A stretch of DNA of 64,000 nucleotides, from contig OZ024741.1 of NCBI GenBank assembly GCA_964016885.1, positions 186,930,001 through 186,994,000 of the forward strand. The letters are read 5' to 3'. The notes under the pieces are model-generated. The model ran no database searches. It was not told where the DNA came from and saw nothing but the letters and a program-made list of their open reading frames with translations. Made by a program: the position numbers and the translations under genes. Source of the stretch: Eledone cirrhosa (taxonomy: Eukaryota). The stretch's first letter is position 1. The number at the start of each line of letters is the position of its first letter. Positions 48,054-62,084 of this stretch are shown piece by piece.

Positions 48054-48192
48054 CGAGAACAGTTATATCACGTCGCCATTTTCCCAGTCACAGAAGAACG
48101 AACCTGGAATAGATCCGGACGTCTCGCTCTCTAAACATTTCGTAAATTCACCGCCCGAAAGTATGACAGATGCGAAACTTGATCTCGAATGA
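48054..48192 (+). CDS. Weak candidate terminal coding exon (ENSYITSPFSQSQKNEPGIDPDVSLSKHFVNSPPESMTDAKLDLE*)
   Basis: Pyrimidine tract plus TAG acceptor; CpG-rich, not repeated in the window; no homology recognised. Confidence 0.2.
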
Positions 48193-49520
48193 ATTTTAAG
48201 GCAGAGCAAAGAAAGCCGGAACAAACAGAGAGAGAGAGGGTGATCTACAAACATACATGTTCAAAGCAGCAAGCCAAAAACCCATGAAAACAAACAGTCA
48301 ACCCCGATTTTTCTCTTGTTATCTCATACAACGTAGCAAAGACTGCATCACAAAGACTACTTCATCTGACCCAGAAAACTCGTTCGAATAGTTACTAACT
48401 ATATAGTTCTAAGATCTACATTAAAATACTGTTCCAGGACCAGGAACGATGCTTATAATTCTGCAAGTGGCCATCCTAGATCGCACTCAGACAAATGCCT
48501 CCTATCATTTGCAAGGAATGGACCTACGTTGATTTCAATGATGAGTGCTGCTATTGTTCGATCAACAGAACAGTCCACCCATGAAATTAACTGAGCATTC
48601 TCCAGAAATTTTAAAGTAATTGTCTTGGAGACTCAACGAGATAGAGTGTGTGACAAGTCTGGCACTTTGAAATTACAGGTACAGTCCATCCGACAGGTGT
48701 CCGAACAGTTTCCGTCTACCCCAAAATGGATTAACCCAATGCTTCGTTAAATGACACTTTCGCAAAATGCCACGCAGTGAGATCGAATGCGGGACCTAAA
48801 ATTACAAAGCAAACTTCTTAAATATTTGACAATACAAACTCTAGGTTCAAACTGTTTAATATAAACTCAAAATATTCTCTTGGTGTCAGATCTTTGAAGT
48901 ACTCATGGCTGTGTCCATACGAAATCACATTGTAACTATGTGGTTTCGAGTTCAGTTCCACTCTGAGAAAACTCTTATGTCTTCTGCCATAAATAATAGC
49001 GTAGAAAAGTAGTTGTTGGAATCCATTCAATTGCATTTTTTCGGAACAGATCTCCAGTGTGAGAATGTCTTTCTCATTAAACTTGAAGGTTGTAGGATCC
49101 TATGCCTTATTCTTTCATTTCTGACTTAGGCATTAAAGAAAAAGTATTCAGTACTTTGATTAGGCTTTAACTTACCTTCACATCCGTTTCTTAGCCTGCT
49201 CTCTTTAGTTTACCTTGCTGTTTGGCCAGGAGAATAGATCTCGCTTTGTTGAAAAATGATTTTTTTTTGTAGAAATTACTATTGTACACTGTAGATCAGT
49301 CAAGTCTCAAATATTTTAATATCAGTTGGCTGTAAACTGATTGTTCACATGATAATCTTTTACTATACTATTGTATAATTCCGTACTCTACTGCTGCACA
49401 TTGGCTCGTCTTTGTACCGTTTCTGGAGCATACCAGTTTTTCTATGAGATAGACGTTGCTAAACCCTCACCCGGTCATTCTCCATTTGTGCCACAACGTT
49501 GCCTATTATGAGAGCGCGAA

Positions 49521-49521
49521 A

Positions 49522-49557
<36 letters not shown>

Positions 49558-49685
49558 GAAGGAAGGAAGGAAAGAAGGAAGGAAGGAAGGAAGGAAGGAA
49601 GGAAGGAAGGAAGGAAGGAAGGAAGGAAGGAAGGAAGGAAAGAAGGAAAGAAGGAAAGAAGGAAAGAAGGAAAGAAGGAAGAAAA
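49521..49685. repeat. (TAAG)n-(GGAA)n microsatellite
   Basis: Direct reading. Confidence 0.95.
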
Positions 49686-50616
49686 TAAAGACGGGGGCAG
49701 GGAGACAAATAAACACAAAAGAATCGACTGTTGTGCGTGACGAATACTTTATTTATAAGGACAAAAGACTAATTTGACATTGGTGGAATTCAAATTCAGA
49801 GTACAGTCGGCTTAAATGAATGCTTTGAAGCATTTCATTGAAAGCTCTAAAGACGACGAACACCAAAACATGATACTGATTCTTCAGACATATTAAAATC
49901 AGACAGAGTTGTCATGTCTGTTATATATTTAATAATAGATCTGTGCTTGATCAAGGCTGACATGAGGCTAAACAACAAACATCTTTGAAGGATAAAAGAC
50001 AAAGTTGACCAGAATAGAAATAGAAGAGACCATGGTGGTCTGTAAACAAATAAAATTTATTTTTCCAGTGCTCTGCTGATTCTGTCAACGACTAGTTAAT
50101 TGTTTTATAAGCAAATACAAATAAAGAAAATGAAAACAATCATCTCGATATGTATTTTTTATGTTTATCGATAAGATATTTATGAGTTAAATAATAAAAT
50201 TACCCACCATAGTCGTGGCTAATTATGTTTATTTTTTTCTTCGTCAATTAATTTATTTCTTTTTCTTAATTCATTCGTATAAATTATGATAATTTAATTA
50301 AAATTTGAAAGAAAAATTAAAAGAATGACAGCAGTCGTTAAATTCCCTTATAATATCGTGGCAAGCAATTCATAAGGAATTTTTGTGTATAATTTCAAAT
50401 GTATTACTCAGTCGAGTGTGATATATACGTTTACTGTTGTTATTTAACACCAGCTCGGCGATGTTCGACCAGAACTTTGATTAATAAAGAGTGTTCCAAC
50501 CGTGACTATTCCATTTTTTTTTTATGTGCGCCTTTTATAATTTGAAACAATAGAGTAAATTTGGATTTGAGGAGAATTTGGCTACTAATTGTAGAAGGTG
50601 GTGTGACCATATAAAA

Positions 50617-50762
50617 CAGGCATGGCCAACCGTTTTCGAGAAGCGGGCCGCAAGCGCTAATTTACATTCGTGCCCACATTAAAAAAAAGGGCGGTAACTC
50701 AGGTTGTTCTGACTTAATCGAGCCATTCAGAAAGCTTCGCAGCCGCAAGTTGCCCATGACTG
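50617..50762. mobile_element. hAT (Charlie-like) MITE, 146 bp
   Basis: TIRs CAGGCATGGCCAAC / GTTGCCCATGACTG; perfect 8-bp TSD ATATAAAA (50609-50616, 50763-50770). Confidence 0.92.
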
Positions 50763-51399
50763 ATATAAAAGCTTGCTTATTAATTCTGGAATAAGAAGGA
50801 TTAATAAATAGGAAATATTAAAGGTAGTTTAATGGACAACATATATTGTTTATATGTTTTATGTTATAGTCAGAAAGTTGTGTAGGTAATACCGTGGTTA
50901 AGGAGACAAATTTGCATCTGTTTGATTTATGGTTCAAAACATAAAGCGCGATACTATGGGCAAATGACTTCTACCATAGAGGTCTGTTGACTAAAGATTT
51001 ATAAAAGAATTCAAGAGAAACGGATTTTGTGCAAGCTTGTCAGTGGGACTGTTCCTGATCCTGAGTGGTAGACATAACCTATCGCACAGTTACACTATGA
51101 CATGGGCCTTATTTGTCTTTAATACAGTCCATTCTTTTGAAACTTTTAGTTCAAGTCATTCAGTCTGATGATAATTTTCTTCCGCCATCACACCAGTCTT
51201 ACAAGCTCTAGAAAATGTTATAAGTACTATCATTTCTCTTTTTCCTATGTCACGAAGAAAGGAGGTCTGCATTCATAACCTTTTGTAAAATATCCGAGAT
51301 TGTTGGGTGGATGGGTGAAAGTTGTTTTCAGAGGGAAGCCCGGCCCATATGTTTACAGCATTGTAAACTTCGCTAAAATCACCCAATTATCAGGTGGTC

Positions 51400-52620
51400 A
51401 TGCTAAGCCGAGTGTCGGATTAAATATAGCTAATAAGAACATAGAAAGTATGTCGCCTTTTCATCGTGCATTCGATCTTTCTTTTTATCCTACACCTCAT
51501 TCACCTAACATTCTACTTCCTCAACTCAACCAAACTCAACGAGCTTAATTCTTTCCTTCATTCCACCCAGGGTGTCCTTTACACAACCAACACACCCACA
51601 CGCACCCCACCAACACTCACCTTTCCATTTGTCCACTCTCATTTCTCAGTCGCCAATGGCACCCGCAACATACCCTCTTCCCACTGTCAACTCCGAATCA
51701 AACCTTGCTGACCCAAACTCCATTCCCACTGAATTCACAACCAATCCACGACTTGTTGTCACTCTATTCCCGACCTTCTTCTCTCCGGATCTGAGCGTTT
51801 AATTCTCAGTAGATGTCTGCGTTTCATACCTTACACATTTTTCAGCGACGAATTCCTGACCCTCTCCGTTGAACGGTTCTACGCCGAACAAAATTGCAAG
51901 CGAATCTTTATGTGAACACATCTGGCACCGAACAACTCTAGCCGCCTTGATTTGCCTAGTTGTCGACTATCGCACTGGACGCGGTCCTCAGGCAATTCAG
52001 TGTCCTAGACACATTCGTTGATGCCTGCCATTGAGCAGTGAATCGGTTCGACTTTCTGAAACGCATCGAACGGAATAATATCTCACGCCCTCTGCTCTCT
52101 CCGACAGCATGATGATATTGTCATCAAACCAGCTAACAAAGAGGGTGCTGCCGACCGTTACAAAGCGGTGGCATTACGACAGCTTCGCAACCTTTTCTTT
52201 TAGCGTCTCATGCTCTCTGACCCCATTCCTCTCAACAAGCAACATGTTTCCTCAACTTTACGCTAAGTCACCACCTTCTCCCTCCTATCCCCCAGAGCGA
52301 CCAGCCTTATTGTCATCTCGCACCTCCACCATATATTTCTTCTCCCAAATCCATAAACTGGACACTCCTTGTTGCCAATCGAAATGATTTCGGCTTTCCT
52401 GAACTCCATCCCTGAACCCTAGGTAGCTCCTCTGTCATCCCACATCCCCGACTCCAACCAGACCCAATATACCGGCCTCATACCTGAGCTATACAGACGT
52501 TACATTGATGATTATATCGGTGCCCCGTCACTCACCCGAGTACAGCTCGACTCCTTCCTCTCCTGTTTCTTCCACCCCACCCCTTACTTCGTCACCTCTA
52601 TCTCCATTGATGGTTTCAAC
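51400..52620 (+). pseudogene. Decayed PLE reverse transcriptase; a different LINE RT fragment follows (52640-52850)
   Basis: ERLILSRCLRFIP, DDIVIKPANKEGA, IYFFSQIHKLDTP, RYIDDYIG; then IDISKAFDTIP and GILQGS. Confidence 0.8.
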
Positions 52621-53872
52621 AACAAAACATCTCCTATATCTACCATTCTACCCATTCTTCATCGATATTAGCAAAGCTTTCGATACTATTCCCCGCTAGC
52701 GACTCATACAAAAACACTCACCGCCTCCTTAAAAAATAAACTAAACGGTAGCCAGTACAAATCAGGCCATCAAACCTGCTATTTCCTAAACGGAATATTA
52801 CAAGGGTCTACTCTCCAGCCAATTTGTTTCACCCTATACCAGTGCACTATGACAGGTTAAGCGCAGACATAGACTACAGACCATCTACACAACGAACCAA
52901 ATTGCTAAAAATGAAGGACTACCTGGACATTTAATAGGCAGAGTATGTTTCTGTAGCAATCGTCAGCCCCATAGTGCCAGGACTACATAAAAATCCTACT
53001 TCAGACACCCAGACATATTAAGATACTAGGAATACAATCGTAACATTCTGAAAATACTATCTGTCATTTTGCTCGGATAAGGAAATATGCACAGAGAAAA
53101 CGCTGAGGTTACAAAACTAACACACCATCACCAACTAGGCAATAAGGGAGCCTCTATGTAGGAGATTGACCAGCCAAAAGCAGCATCTAAATTTCCTTAA
53201 ATTACACCCTAACATCTTTAAAATGCGAAAATAGAGTTTAGATAATATAGTCGGAAAAATACAAAAAGATGGTCAAAGTTGGAATATCTTTGATCATAAT
53301 CTGCTCGATCAAGAGTTGACCTTGAGACTAAACAACAACAATTTAACTGCAATCTATATAAATACCTTCAGCATCACGAACACTATCACCATCGCATTCA
53401 CCATATTTTGAACAGTCATAACTCACAGACAGCGACAGACATAATTTCAGACAGACAGATAGTCTAACAGCCAGACTGACAGGCATACAGACAGACAGGC
53501 GTTCAATAATTCAGATGACGTCGTTAAGTAAGATTGTCATCATTGTCAGCGGTATGGTGTCAAGTTGAACGTCTCAGAAACGAAAGAGAAACCAAAAATA
53601 AAAAGGACATGAGTCAGAGTCACTTGTAAACAAATCCTCTGCTGCCCCCGCCACCGCCGCGCCGCTGCCGCCACAACCATCGTCACCGCCGCCGCCTTAG
53701 CTGTCGGCAACGCCACCGCCACCACATTTTTGGAAATAATTTAAATTATTATTGTAATTGTTGTTGTAGTGTGCTTACTGTTGCTGTTGTCAAACTATAT
53801 GGTGTCTATTTGTATGTATGCATGTGTACATGTATACATACATTATATTTAACTTTATGTTATGCTTTGACG

Positions 53873-54012
53873 CATAGAGTTACGGTCCTTGCCATTCTGA
53901 GTTCAAATCCCGCCGAGGTTTACTTTGCCTTTCATCCTTACGGGGTCGATAAAATAAAGTACCAGTAATGCACTGGGTAATTGCTGGCCTTGGCCAAAAG
54001 TAGAAACAATTA
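53873..54012 (+). mobile_element. Nin/Deu-core SINE, 5'-truncated
   Basis: B-box, core and tail. Confidence 0.88.
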
Positions 54013-54317
54013 TATTTAACTTTATGTCGTTTCTGTAGTTATAATAATATTATAAACGATAAGGATGTATACTTATGTATATCTTATATATATATATATA
54101 TATATATATAACGAAGGAAATATGGTAAGGAACCAGATGGACAATAACGCACCAAAGTACTCAATACTTAGGGTAGTAGAGTGGGTAGTAGGAACGAGTA
54201 GGACCCCGACGGCTGAGCTCAAACCGTTTCGACGGCTAATTCTAGACGCAGAGTGAGCCGTCGAAACGGCTTGAGCTCAGCCGTCGGAGTCCTACTCGTT
54301 CCTATATATATATATAT

Positions 54318-55668
54318 AGTTTTGCGAGGTTTTTGATATGAAATCGTGTGTCGAAACAAATATTGTTATACTTGGGGAGGGTCATATTTGTGTAATATTG
54401 CCAGAATTAATAACAGAACACACTCACTGTTTGGTTGGTTTTCGCTTTTCGCCTCTGTGTCTTTTATATCGGTAATCTAATTTATTCGGTCCTCAATGTT
54501 GCCATTGACTGACCAACAGTTAAAAATAATACAGATACAATATAGACACAAACACATATATATAGTTTATCAAAGTTCTTTCGTTGCACATCTGCAACAT
54601 TGTCAGTGGTGCTATTGTTTCCTCCCGTTGCATTGTATTTTCTACGCCATCTTTATTTAGTCTGTTTATATATTTATTTATTTGTTTATTTTATTTTGTC
54701 TTCATTGCGCATGCGTTTGCGTGTGTCTATAGTGTTTTGTTTGATATGTGTTCGTGATTGGGTGACTGTGTATTGGTAAATGTATTCTATTTTTACTAGT
54801 GTGTGTTTATATGTGTTTGTTGTTATTGTGCTTGTGTATGTATTTATTTATTTATTTATCTATTTATTTATACTTCTCTTAGGTCAGTGTTGTTTGTTTG
54901 GGTGTTGTTGTTATTCTATTCATTCTTTCTGTTTAGTCTTGACCTTCTAAGTTCTATTTCAGTACTATACGAACATGCCAGACAACAACACGACGGTAAC
55001 ATAGACAACATAGAAATTAGAATAATATCTAAACATAGAAATGACCCAGCAGATAGGCAAATCAGAGAGACCAGTGAAATACAACTTAGAAGGCCAAGGC
55101 TAAACAGAAAGAATGAATGGAATAACAACAACACCCAAACAAACAACACTGATCTAAGAGAAGTATAAATAAATAGATAAATAAATAAATAAATACATAC
55201 GCAAGCACAATAACAACAAACACATATAAACACACACTAGTAAAGATAGAATACATTAACCAATACACAGACACCCAATCACGAACACATATCAAACAAA
55301 ACACTATACACACACGCAAACGCATGCGCAAAGAAGACAAAATAAAATAAACAAATAAATAAATATATAAACAGACTAAATAAAGATGGCGTAGAAAGTA
55401 TAATGCAACAGGAGGAAACAATAGCACCACTGACGATGTTGCAGATGTGCAACGAAAGAACTTTGATAAACTATATATATGTGTTTGTGTCTATATTGTA
55501 TCTGTATTATTTTTGACCGTTGGTCAGTCAATGGCAACATTGAGGACCGAATAAATTAGATTACCGATATAAAAGACACAGAAGCGAAAAGCGAAAACCA
55601 ACCAAACAGTGAGTGTGTTCTGTTATTAATTCTGGCAATATTACACAAATATGACCCTCCCCAAGTAT

Positions 55669-55675
<7 letters not shown>
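54318..55675 (+). mobile_element. 5'-truncated PLE fold-back: about 600 bp inverted arms (54361-54961 / 55075-55675) around the endonuclease C-terminus
   Basis: Spacer encodes LYEHARQQH...IRIISKHRNDPADRQIRETSEIQLRRPRLNRKNEW. Confidence 0.9.
55426..55467 (+). ncRNA. Minimal type I hammerhead with intact core; the mirror copy near 54569-54610 has G8A
   Basis: ACCA-CTGACGA-T-GTTGCA-gatg-TGCAAC-GAAA-GAAC-TT-TGAT. Confidence 0.82.
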
Positions 55676-55720
<45 letters not shown>

Positions 55721-55835
55721 TAAAATAACAGATTAAAGTTTAAGCAAAGAATCGCTGCTTTCACCCTTAACGGGATCTTCTGAAACTAACCTTATCGAGC
55801 CCTCTTTGGATTTTAGTCTTCAATTTTATTATTAT

Positions 55836-55908
<73 letters not shown>

Positions 55909-56313
55909 CATATTATATATACGGTTGCTCGTGTATGTGTTTTGTGTTTATATTTTTGACAAAAATGTCTTATTTCATTGTTTGAAACAGGTATATTTTT
56001 ATATATTTATCCTTCTATTTTGTTCTTGTTACTTGTCATTATATGAGTTTAATTTTTTTTCACTTGTTTGCAAATTATTTGATGATATTTTTCAATATTT
56101 CTTTGGCTTTTTTTTTGGCTTTTTCATCACATCCCCTGCCACCCAACACTCTCAACAAAAAATCGATTGGAATCAAATGTAATATAGAATGGAGAAACAT
56201 GTAAACAGAATTCTTCGGATTCTAAAGCATCACACATTAGAATTTATATAGAATATCTCTGTCGTTGTAATCCTTATGAGATATGTGTGCGCGTGCGTAC
56301 ATACATACATACA

Positions 56314-56349
<36 letters not shown>

Positions 56350-56449
56350 CATACATATATACATGCACACACACGCACACAAACATATACATGTGTATAC
56401 ATACATATAGACAAGCATACATGCATACATACACATATACATACATACA

Positions 56450-56497
<48 letters not shown>

Positions 56498-56621
56498 CAC
56501 ACACATATACATACAAATAAATACATACATATATAGACAAGCATACATCCATGCATACATACATACATACACATATGCATACATACAATGCATTCATATA
56601 TATATATATATACATACACAC

Positions 56622-56652
<31 letters not shown>

Positions 56653-56789
56653 CATAGATAGATATACAAGCATACATGCATGCATACATACGTACACACA
56701 TACACACATGTGTGTGTGTGTGTGTGTAGATATGTATGTGGGTGTGTGGGTGTAAATGGCGAATAGCTTTTCTTTTAAATATATTATGT

Positions 56790-57105
56790 TAAGTGGCGAT
56801 TGTGGTGGAGTGTTTTATCATTATTATTTACGTTCTGAGTTCAAATCCCAACGAGGTCAACCTCGACTTTCATGCCACCATTGTCGATAAAATAATGTAC
56901 CAGTTAATTACTGTGATCAATATATATTACTGGCCTTGTACCTAAAGCAAAAATAATTATTATTTACGTCCCGATTGCAAATTTCGCCTTTCATCCTTCG
57001 GAGTCGATAAAATAAATTAGCAGTAACGCATTAGAGCCGATTTAAACGACTTTCCTCTTCTCTTCAAATTGCTGACCTTGCGCCAAAATTAGAAACAATT
57101 GTTAT
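56790..57105 (+). mobile_element. Two diverged Nin/Deu-core SINE copies
   Basis: B-box, core and AGAAACAATT tail. Confidence 0.75.
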
Positions 57106-57126
57106 TTACTAACATTTATTTCCTTA

Positions 57127-57365
57127 TAGGGAAGAAGCCCCGCGAGGTGGGGTGGCTGTTGCAGCGGGTGTCGCTGGCCATTGACTGCGAGAATGCTTTT
57201 GCGGTCTTGTCCACGAGGTCTAGCCCCAACGCCGTCGCGCCCTAGGCCTAGAGCCCATCGCCCTCTCCTTCCCATTTTATTATGACCCTAGAACCCTTAT
57301 CTTTCTCTTACTTTTCTGTTTTCATAACTACAACAGACACTTGCATTTTTTTACACTAAAACATT
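57127..57365 (+). mobile_element. CRE-clade LINE extreme 3' end
   Basis: PREVGWLLQRVSLAIDCENAFAVLST (cf. QRLS.A.QRGNA); 3' UTR resembles 10840-10975. Confidence 0.75.
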
Positions 57366-58208
57366 TTTATTTATTTCCTTATTAGACCTTTAGTTTTAGT
57401 TTAAAACAATAATGTTCCTAGATCTATTTATTATTCAATGAACGTTTTGAAGTATTTTTCGATCCCATCTTTGATATGACATGAGGGTAGCAATGCCTTC
57501 ATATTTGCTCGCGTTGCAGTTGCTTGCAAAGCAACAAAAGTATACTTGCAAAATGTTCAACAGCAAATTCAAAGAAAAAAATTCACCTGTTTGTTCCTTC
57601 GGCATTTCATAGTTATTGTGGATTTCGTTATGTGTTGACGTTTGATTAGTATTTTGCTAATAATAAAGCTTCCATTGCTGCTTTTCTCATTTTGTGGGGT
57701 TCTATATAAGCCTTTCTATTGCGTATCCTTTACCGAAATGTTTTGCGAGAGTTCCTTGTATATGTATTCTCGACCATTGTGACTGCTTTGTCTGGTTTCT
57801 GAAGTATATCTTGTGGTTTGCTACTATGCGTTTTCGGGTTAATGATGGTGCGTTTCTTTGATTTGTGAGGTAGTTTGGAAAAACGAATTTTTTCTTCAAA
57901 ATACCTGGATATCCGAGCTATTAACACCAAACAAATGTCCGAATCTTGAGTTTCTTTTCTTTATATTCTGCCTCGCCTTTCCTCGCCGTCTTTGTGAAAA
58001 TCAACAAGGAGTGCCATAGTGATTTTCTTATATTTTATTACACAAATAAGAATATTCAAGATCTGGTTATGCTATCAGACTTTCTCGGCAAGCGATGACA
58101 ACCATCTTACAAGAAGCTGATCATCAAACGATACCCAGCTCTCTCAGCCGTTATCTCTTTATACGCACACACACGCACGCACACACACGCACACACACAC
58201 ACGCACGC

Positions 58209-58290
<82 letters not shown>

Positions 58291-58766
58291 GTAAAAGGTA
58301 AACAGAAATAACAACACAATCGGTACGTGCATAAGTATAGCTCTTTTTACAAAACGTTTTCTTTTTTCCATTTCAGGTAGACGCGCTCCTAAAAAACTCT
58401 TCTAAATCCACTCTTCTAAAAAATAAATCATACACAAAACGCCAGCACCAATAGTTTTGCAAGAGAAGTCAACATGAATGAACCTGTTATTTTTATCAAA
58501 AGACATTTTTTCCAATTCCAACCCGCCCGTCCCCTCAATCTATCTTATTTCTCATTCTTTCTTCTGATGAAGGACTACCCTCTTCCTGCTATAGCAAGCG
58601 TTAACCTAATATATCCCTTCCATATACTGTACCGATTGTGTTGTTATTTCTGTTTACCTTTTTCACATATATATATATGTGTGTGTGTGCGTGCGTGCAA
58701 AATGTTCAGTAAGGTTCAGTAAGTTTCAGAGATTACCGATGTCAGCACTCGGTGCAGAGCAGAGTG

Positions 58767-58946
58767 TATATAATTAGAACAAAGGGGATGTGTTACATGT
58801 GAGATTTACTGCTCAACCCGGTTACAAATGTAACTTGTAGTCTAGTCTAGGATGACCCCAGATCACGAGCCGGTTGCCTGGGAAATAATCATAACCGGGT
58901 TGAGCAATGACTCTTATATGTAACACCTCCACTTTGTTCTTATTAT

Positions 58947-58949
<3 letters not shown>
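58767..58949. mobile_element. Fold-back MITE-like element with about 55-60 bp imperfect TIRs, TA-flanked
   Basis: AGAACAAAG..GTGTTACATGTGAG..TGCTCAACCCGGTTA / TAACCGGGTTGAGCA..CTTATATGTAACAC..CTTTGTTCT. Confidence 0.7.
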
Positions 58950-59021
<72 letters not shown>

Positions 59022-59486
59022 GTGTGTGTATATATGTGAATGGAGTTTTGTTTACATGTGTATGTGTATCACTTACACAATTATGTTGTTGTTTGCTTTA
59101 TGTAAGTGTTGTTTAAGTAGACCTACTTTCAAAAGTGTTCAACTGTATATTTGTTTTATCTGAAGGTGTATTACACCGACAACCACATTATCCAATTTCT
59201 CCATTTTCTAAGATGTTAAGATATGATTTATGGGAGATATGGCATAACGGCTCAGAGATATGTAGTTTTAAAGCAAAGGCGTATATAGAAGTTTTTGAGA
59301 AGCCAAGCAACTTCATAACAAAATGTAACTTCTTAAAACATGTTTCAACATATATATTTAAACATGTATATTTTCAATGATTATATCAACTGTTACTTCA
59401 AACTTTCGATGAAATCGGCTTCTCATTAGTTAGTCCTTGCGTTAAGAATACTAATTAATTCATTTAAAATATATAAGATAATGTAA

Positions 59487-61218
59487 TTAATTGTTCCTAC
59501 TTTTGGCACAAGGCCAGCAAATTAACCAGTGTATTACTGGTACTTTATTTTATCGACCCCGTAAGGATGAAAGGCAAAGTTAACCTCGGCGGGATTTGAA
59601 CTCAGAATGGAAAGGGCCGTAACTCTTTGCGTTAAAGCATGGCGTCCGACCCTCTACCGATACTGCCAATCCACCGCCTATAAGATAATGTAATTAATGA
59701 TTTATGATTTATGAAAACATAATGTTAATATGGTTCATTATTCAAAGACTCAATCAACATTCGAACAATAAGTTCAAGTTACTATACTTATGAATTGAAC
59801 TGAAGAATTGAACAAGTATTTATCCGTTTTGATGATATTTATTATTTTAATCATAGTAGTAAATAATTGTTTCTACTTTTGGCACAAGGCAAGCAATTAT
59901 CCCAGTGCATTACAGATTCTTTATTTTATTGACCCGTAAGGCAAAGTTACGGGCCATAACTCTATGCTGCAATACTGCCAGCAATTAATAAGATACCGTT
60001 ATGCTTTCACTACGTCATATTTTGTTATAATAATTGTTTCTACTTTTGGCACAAGGCCAGCAATTACTCAGTACATAACTGGTACTTTATTTTGTTATAA
60101 TAATACTAATAGTTAAGCTAGTGTTGTCTTTTTATTAGCTCATAATTATATAGAATTGGATTTGTAATATTCACATGAAATTTCGTCCAATTAAATCGAT
60201 CATAGTACATATTTTATCGACCATTAGTATATTATCCTTCGATTGAGCCACCTAAAATAGAGTTGAAGCTCTGCTGTATTGCGTTACCGATACTAAGAAA
60301 GTGTAATATATTCACCAATAACATCTAACAACCTTAACACAAACTCTAGAATGAGAAATGTTAGATGCAACTTAGCATTTAATACTGATGTAAAAATAAG
60401 TGCTGCAAAACATTTTCCGAAAAACCATAAATTCTGCTAGGTATTAAAAAAAGAAAATACCAGTAAGATAAACTACAGCTGCAGAAAATCCTCAATGCAA
60501 AAATACTTCGTCCAAGCGTGGAACACATGCTTCCATTCACATGCCGAAACATAGATCTTTGGCAATTTATACTGGGCTGGTATCTCCATACGCAAAACAT
60601 CAACAAGTTAATTGGGACTTGCATAAGCTTCCTTCAAGTGTCGCTTGTACCAATACGACAATATTAATTGCTAACAAGTAAACAGTAGAGCTGTTTGAAA
60701 GCACATTTTTGAAACCGTTAAAGAAAGAAAAGACCGCCATCTTTATTTAGAATCACACTTTCACTTAATTTCCGGCCCCCAAATTTCGTTAACAAGACAT
60801 TGGTTTACTCGAATATCAGCAGGGTTGTGAAGCAAAAGTCTTAACAACCCTGGTACCAGTGCGTTACTGGTATTATATCTTATCGACAGCGTAAGGATGG
60901 AATGTAAAGCTAAACTTGGCGGGATTTTCACACAGAATGTAAAGGGACGTGACTATATACCGCATAGCATGTTGTCCGGCGCTCTACTGATACTAACAAT
61001 AATGATTTCTAGTATAGGCACAAGGCCAGTAATTTTTGGGGAAAGGAAAGTCGATTAAATCGACCCCAGTACGTTACTGTTGCTTTATTTTATCGACCCC
61101 TTAAGGATGAAAGGCACAGTTAACCTCGGCGGGATTTGAACTCAGACAGTAAAGGGCCGTAACTCTATGCTGCAAAGCATAGGGTCCGACGTTCTACCGA
61201 TTCTGCCAATCCACCAGC
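59487..61218 (-). mobile_element. Cluster of minus-strand Nin/Deu-core SINEs (59487-59678, 59864-59985, 60030-60092, 60855-60995, 61000-61218)
   Basis: Reverse complements of the SINE consensus. Confidence 0.88.
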
Positions 61219-61231
61219 CATAATAGTAATA

Positions 61232-61726
61232 CTAATTTCTTTATTAGCCACACAGGGCTGACATTAAGCAAACAATAAAGACGAGACAGTGTGATACATT
61301 TAAAAGATCTATTAACAAATGCCCTAATAGGGTAAGGAAGATCTCAGATTGTTACTCGTAGAGAAAACCCACAAAGAACCACGCCCACCCTGACCATTGA
61401 TGTCATCCTCAAGTCTACGGTGTTTACTCAGAGCAAGACCATACACTTGGTATAGGCTCACCACTCCTACCCACCTTTCAACAAACTGGTTGAAAGGTAG
61501 CACTTCCCTCTCCATCCTCATTTTTTTCAAGTGAAACATGAAAAAGATAATTAGGGCTTTCACCGAAGAAGAAGGTGCTTGTCTTCAACCCTTTCAAACG
61601 CATCCACGTCCCGAGCTCCTTTGCTATGGTAACCAGACAAATATAAATTGTCTGTCCTTCTCGGTTGAAGGAAGTCGGTGCGGCGATCGTCACGATAGAC
61701 TCAGTTGATTGCCGGATGCCCAGCTT
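61232..61726 (-). mobile_element. Diverged Tx1-family 3' fragment
   Basis: TESIVTI...AKELGTWMRLKGLK...MRMEREVL...ERWV; shared terminus GGCTAATAAAGAAAT. Confidence 0.85.
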
Positions 61727-61846
61727 CACTCTCTTTGTTTCTTTATATATATATTTTGTTTAACCTGTTTAGCTTGCTTCGGTTTTTCGGCTCTGGTGGC
61801 TGATAGATAGCTTCATGACCGCCGTTTTCAGTTTGTTTGACCTATG

Positions 61847-61945
61847 TTAATTGCTCTGGTCTTCTTTTAGTGCATTGAGCGCTTGACGCATATCTCGAAA
61901 ATTGCGTTTCGCTTTGTTTTTCACCGCAGCCGAAATGCGATCTCG
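61847..61945 (-). CDS. Weak candidate terminal coding exon (RDRISAAVKNKAKRNFRDMRQALNALKEDQSN*)
   Basis: TTTCAG acceptor, open phase-0 frame, helical-looking peptide, CpG-rich, not repeated in the window. Confidence 0.28.
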   Translation of the reverse strand, partial: RDRISAAVKNKAKRNFRDMRQALNALKEDQSN

Positions 61946-61960
61946 CTGAAATTATATTTG

Positions 61961-61996
<36 letters not shown>

Positions 61997-62084
61997 AGGA
62001 AAGTTATATTTAAATTGTTGGGTTAACAACGAGTAAATATTTATAACTGATATAAAAGCACTCAACAAGTATTTGGAGTATATT

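Noticed and set aside
53638-53725. GC-rich GCC/ACC tract as a promoter CpG island
   Set aside because: Short degenerate trinucleotide repeat with no other support.
57420-58020. Minus-strand ORF fragments suggestive of a decayed gene
   Set aside because: Multiple stops and no recognisable domain.
60430-60680. Non-repetitive stretch with several partly open frames
   Set aside because: No consistent splice pair, start codon or recognisable protein motif.
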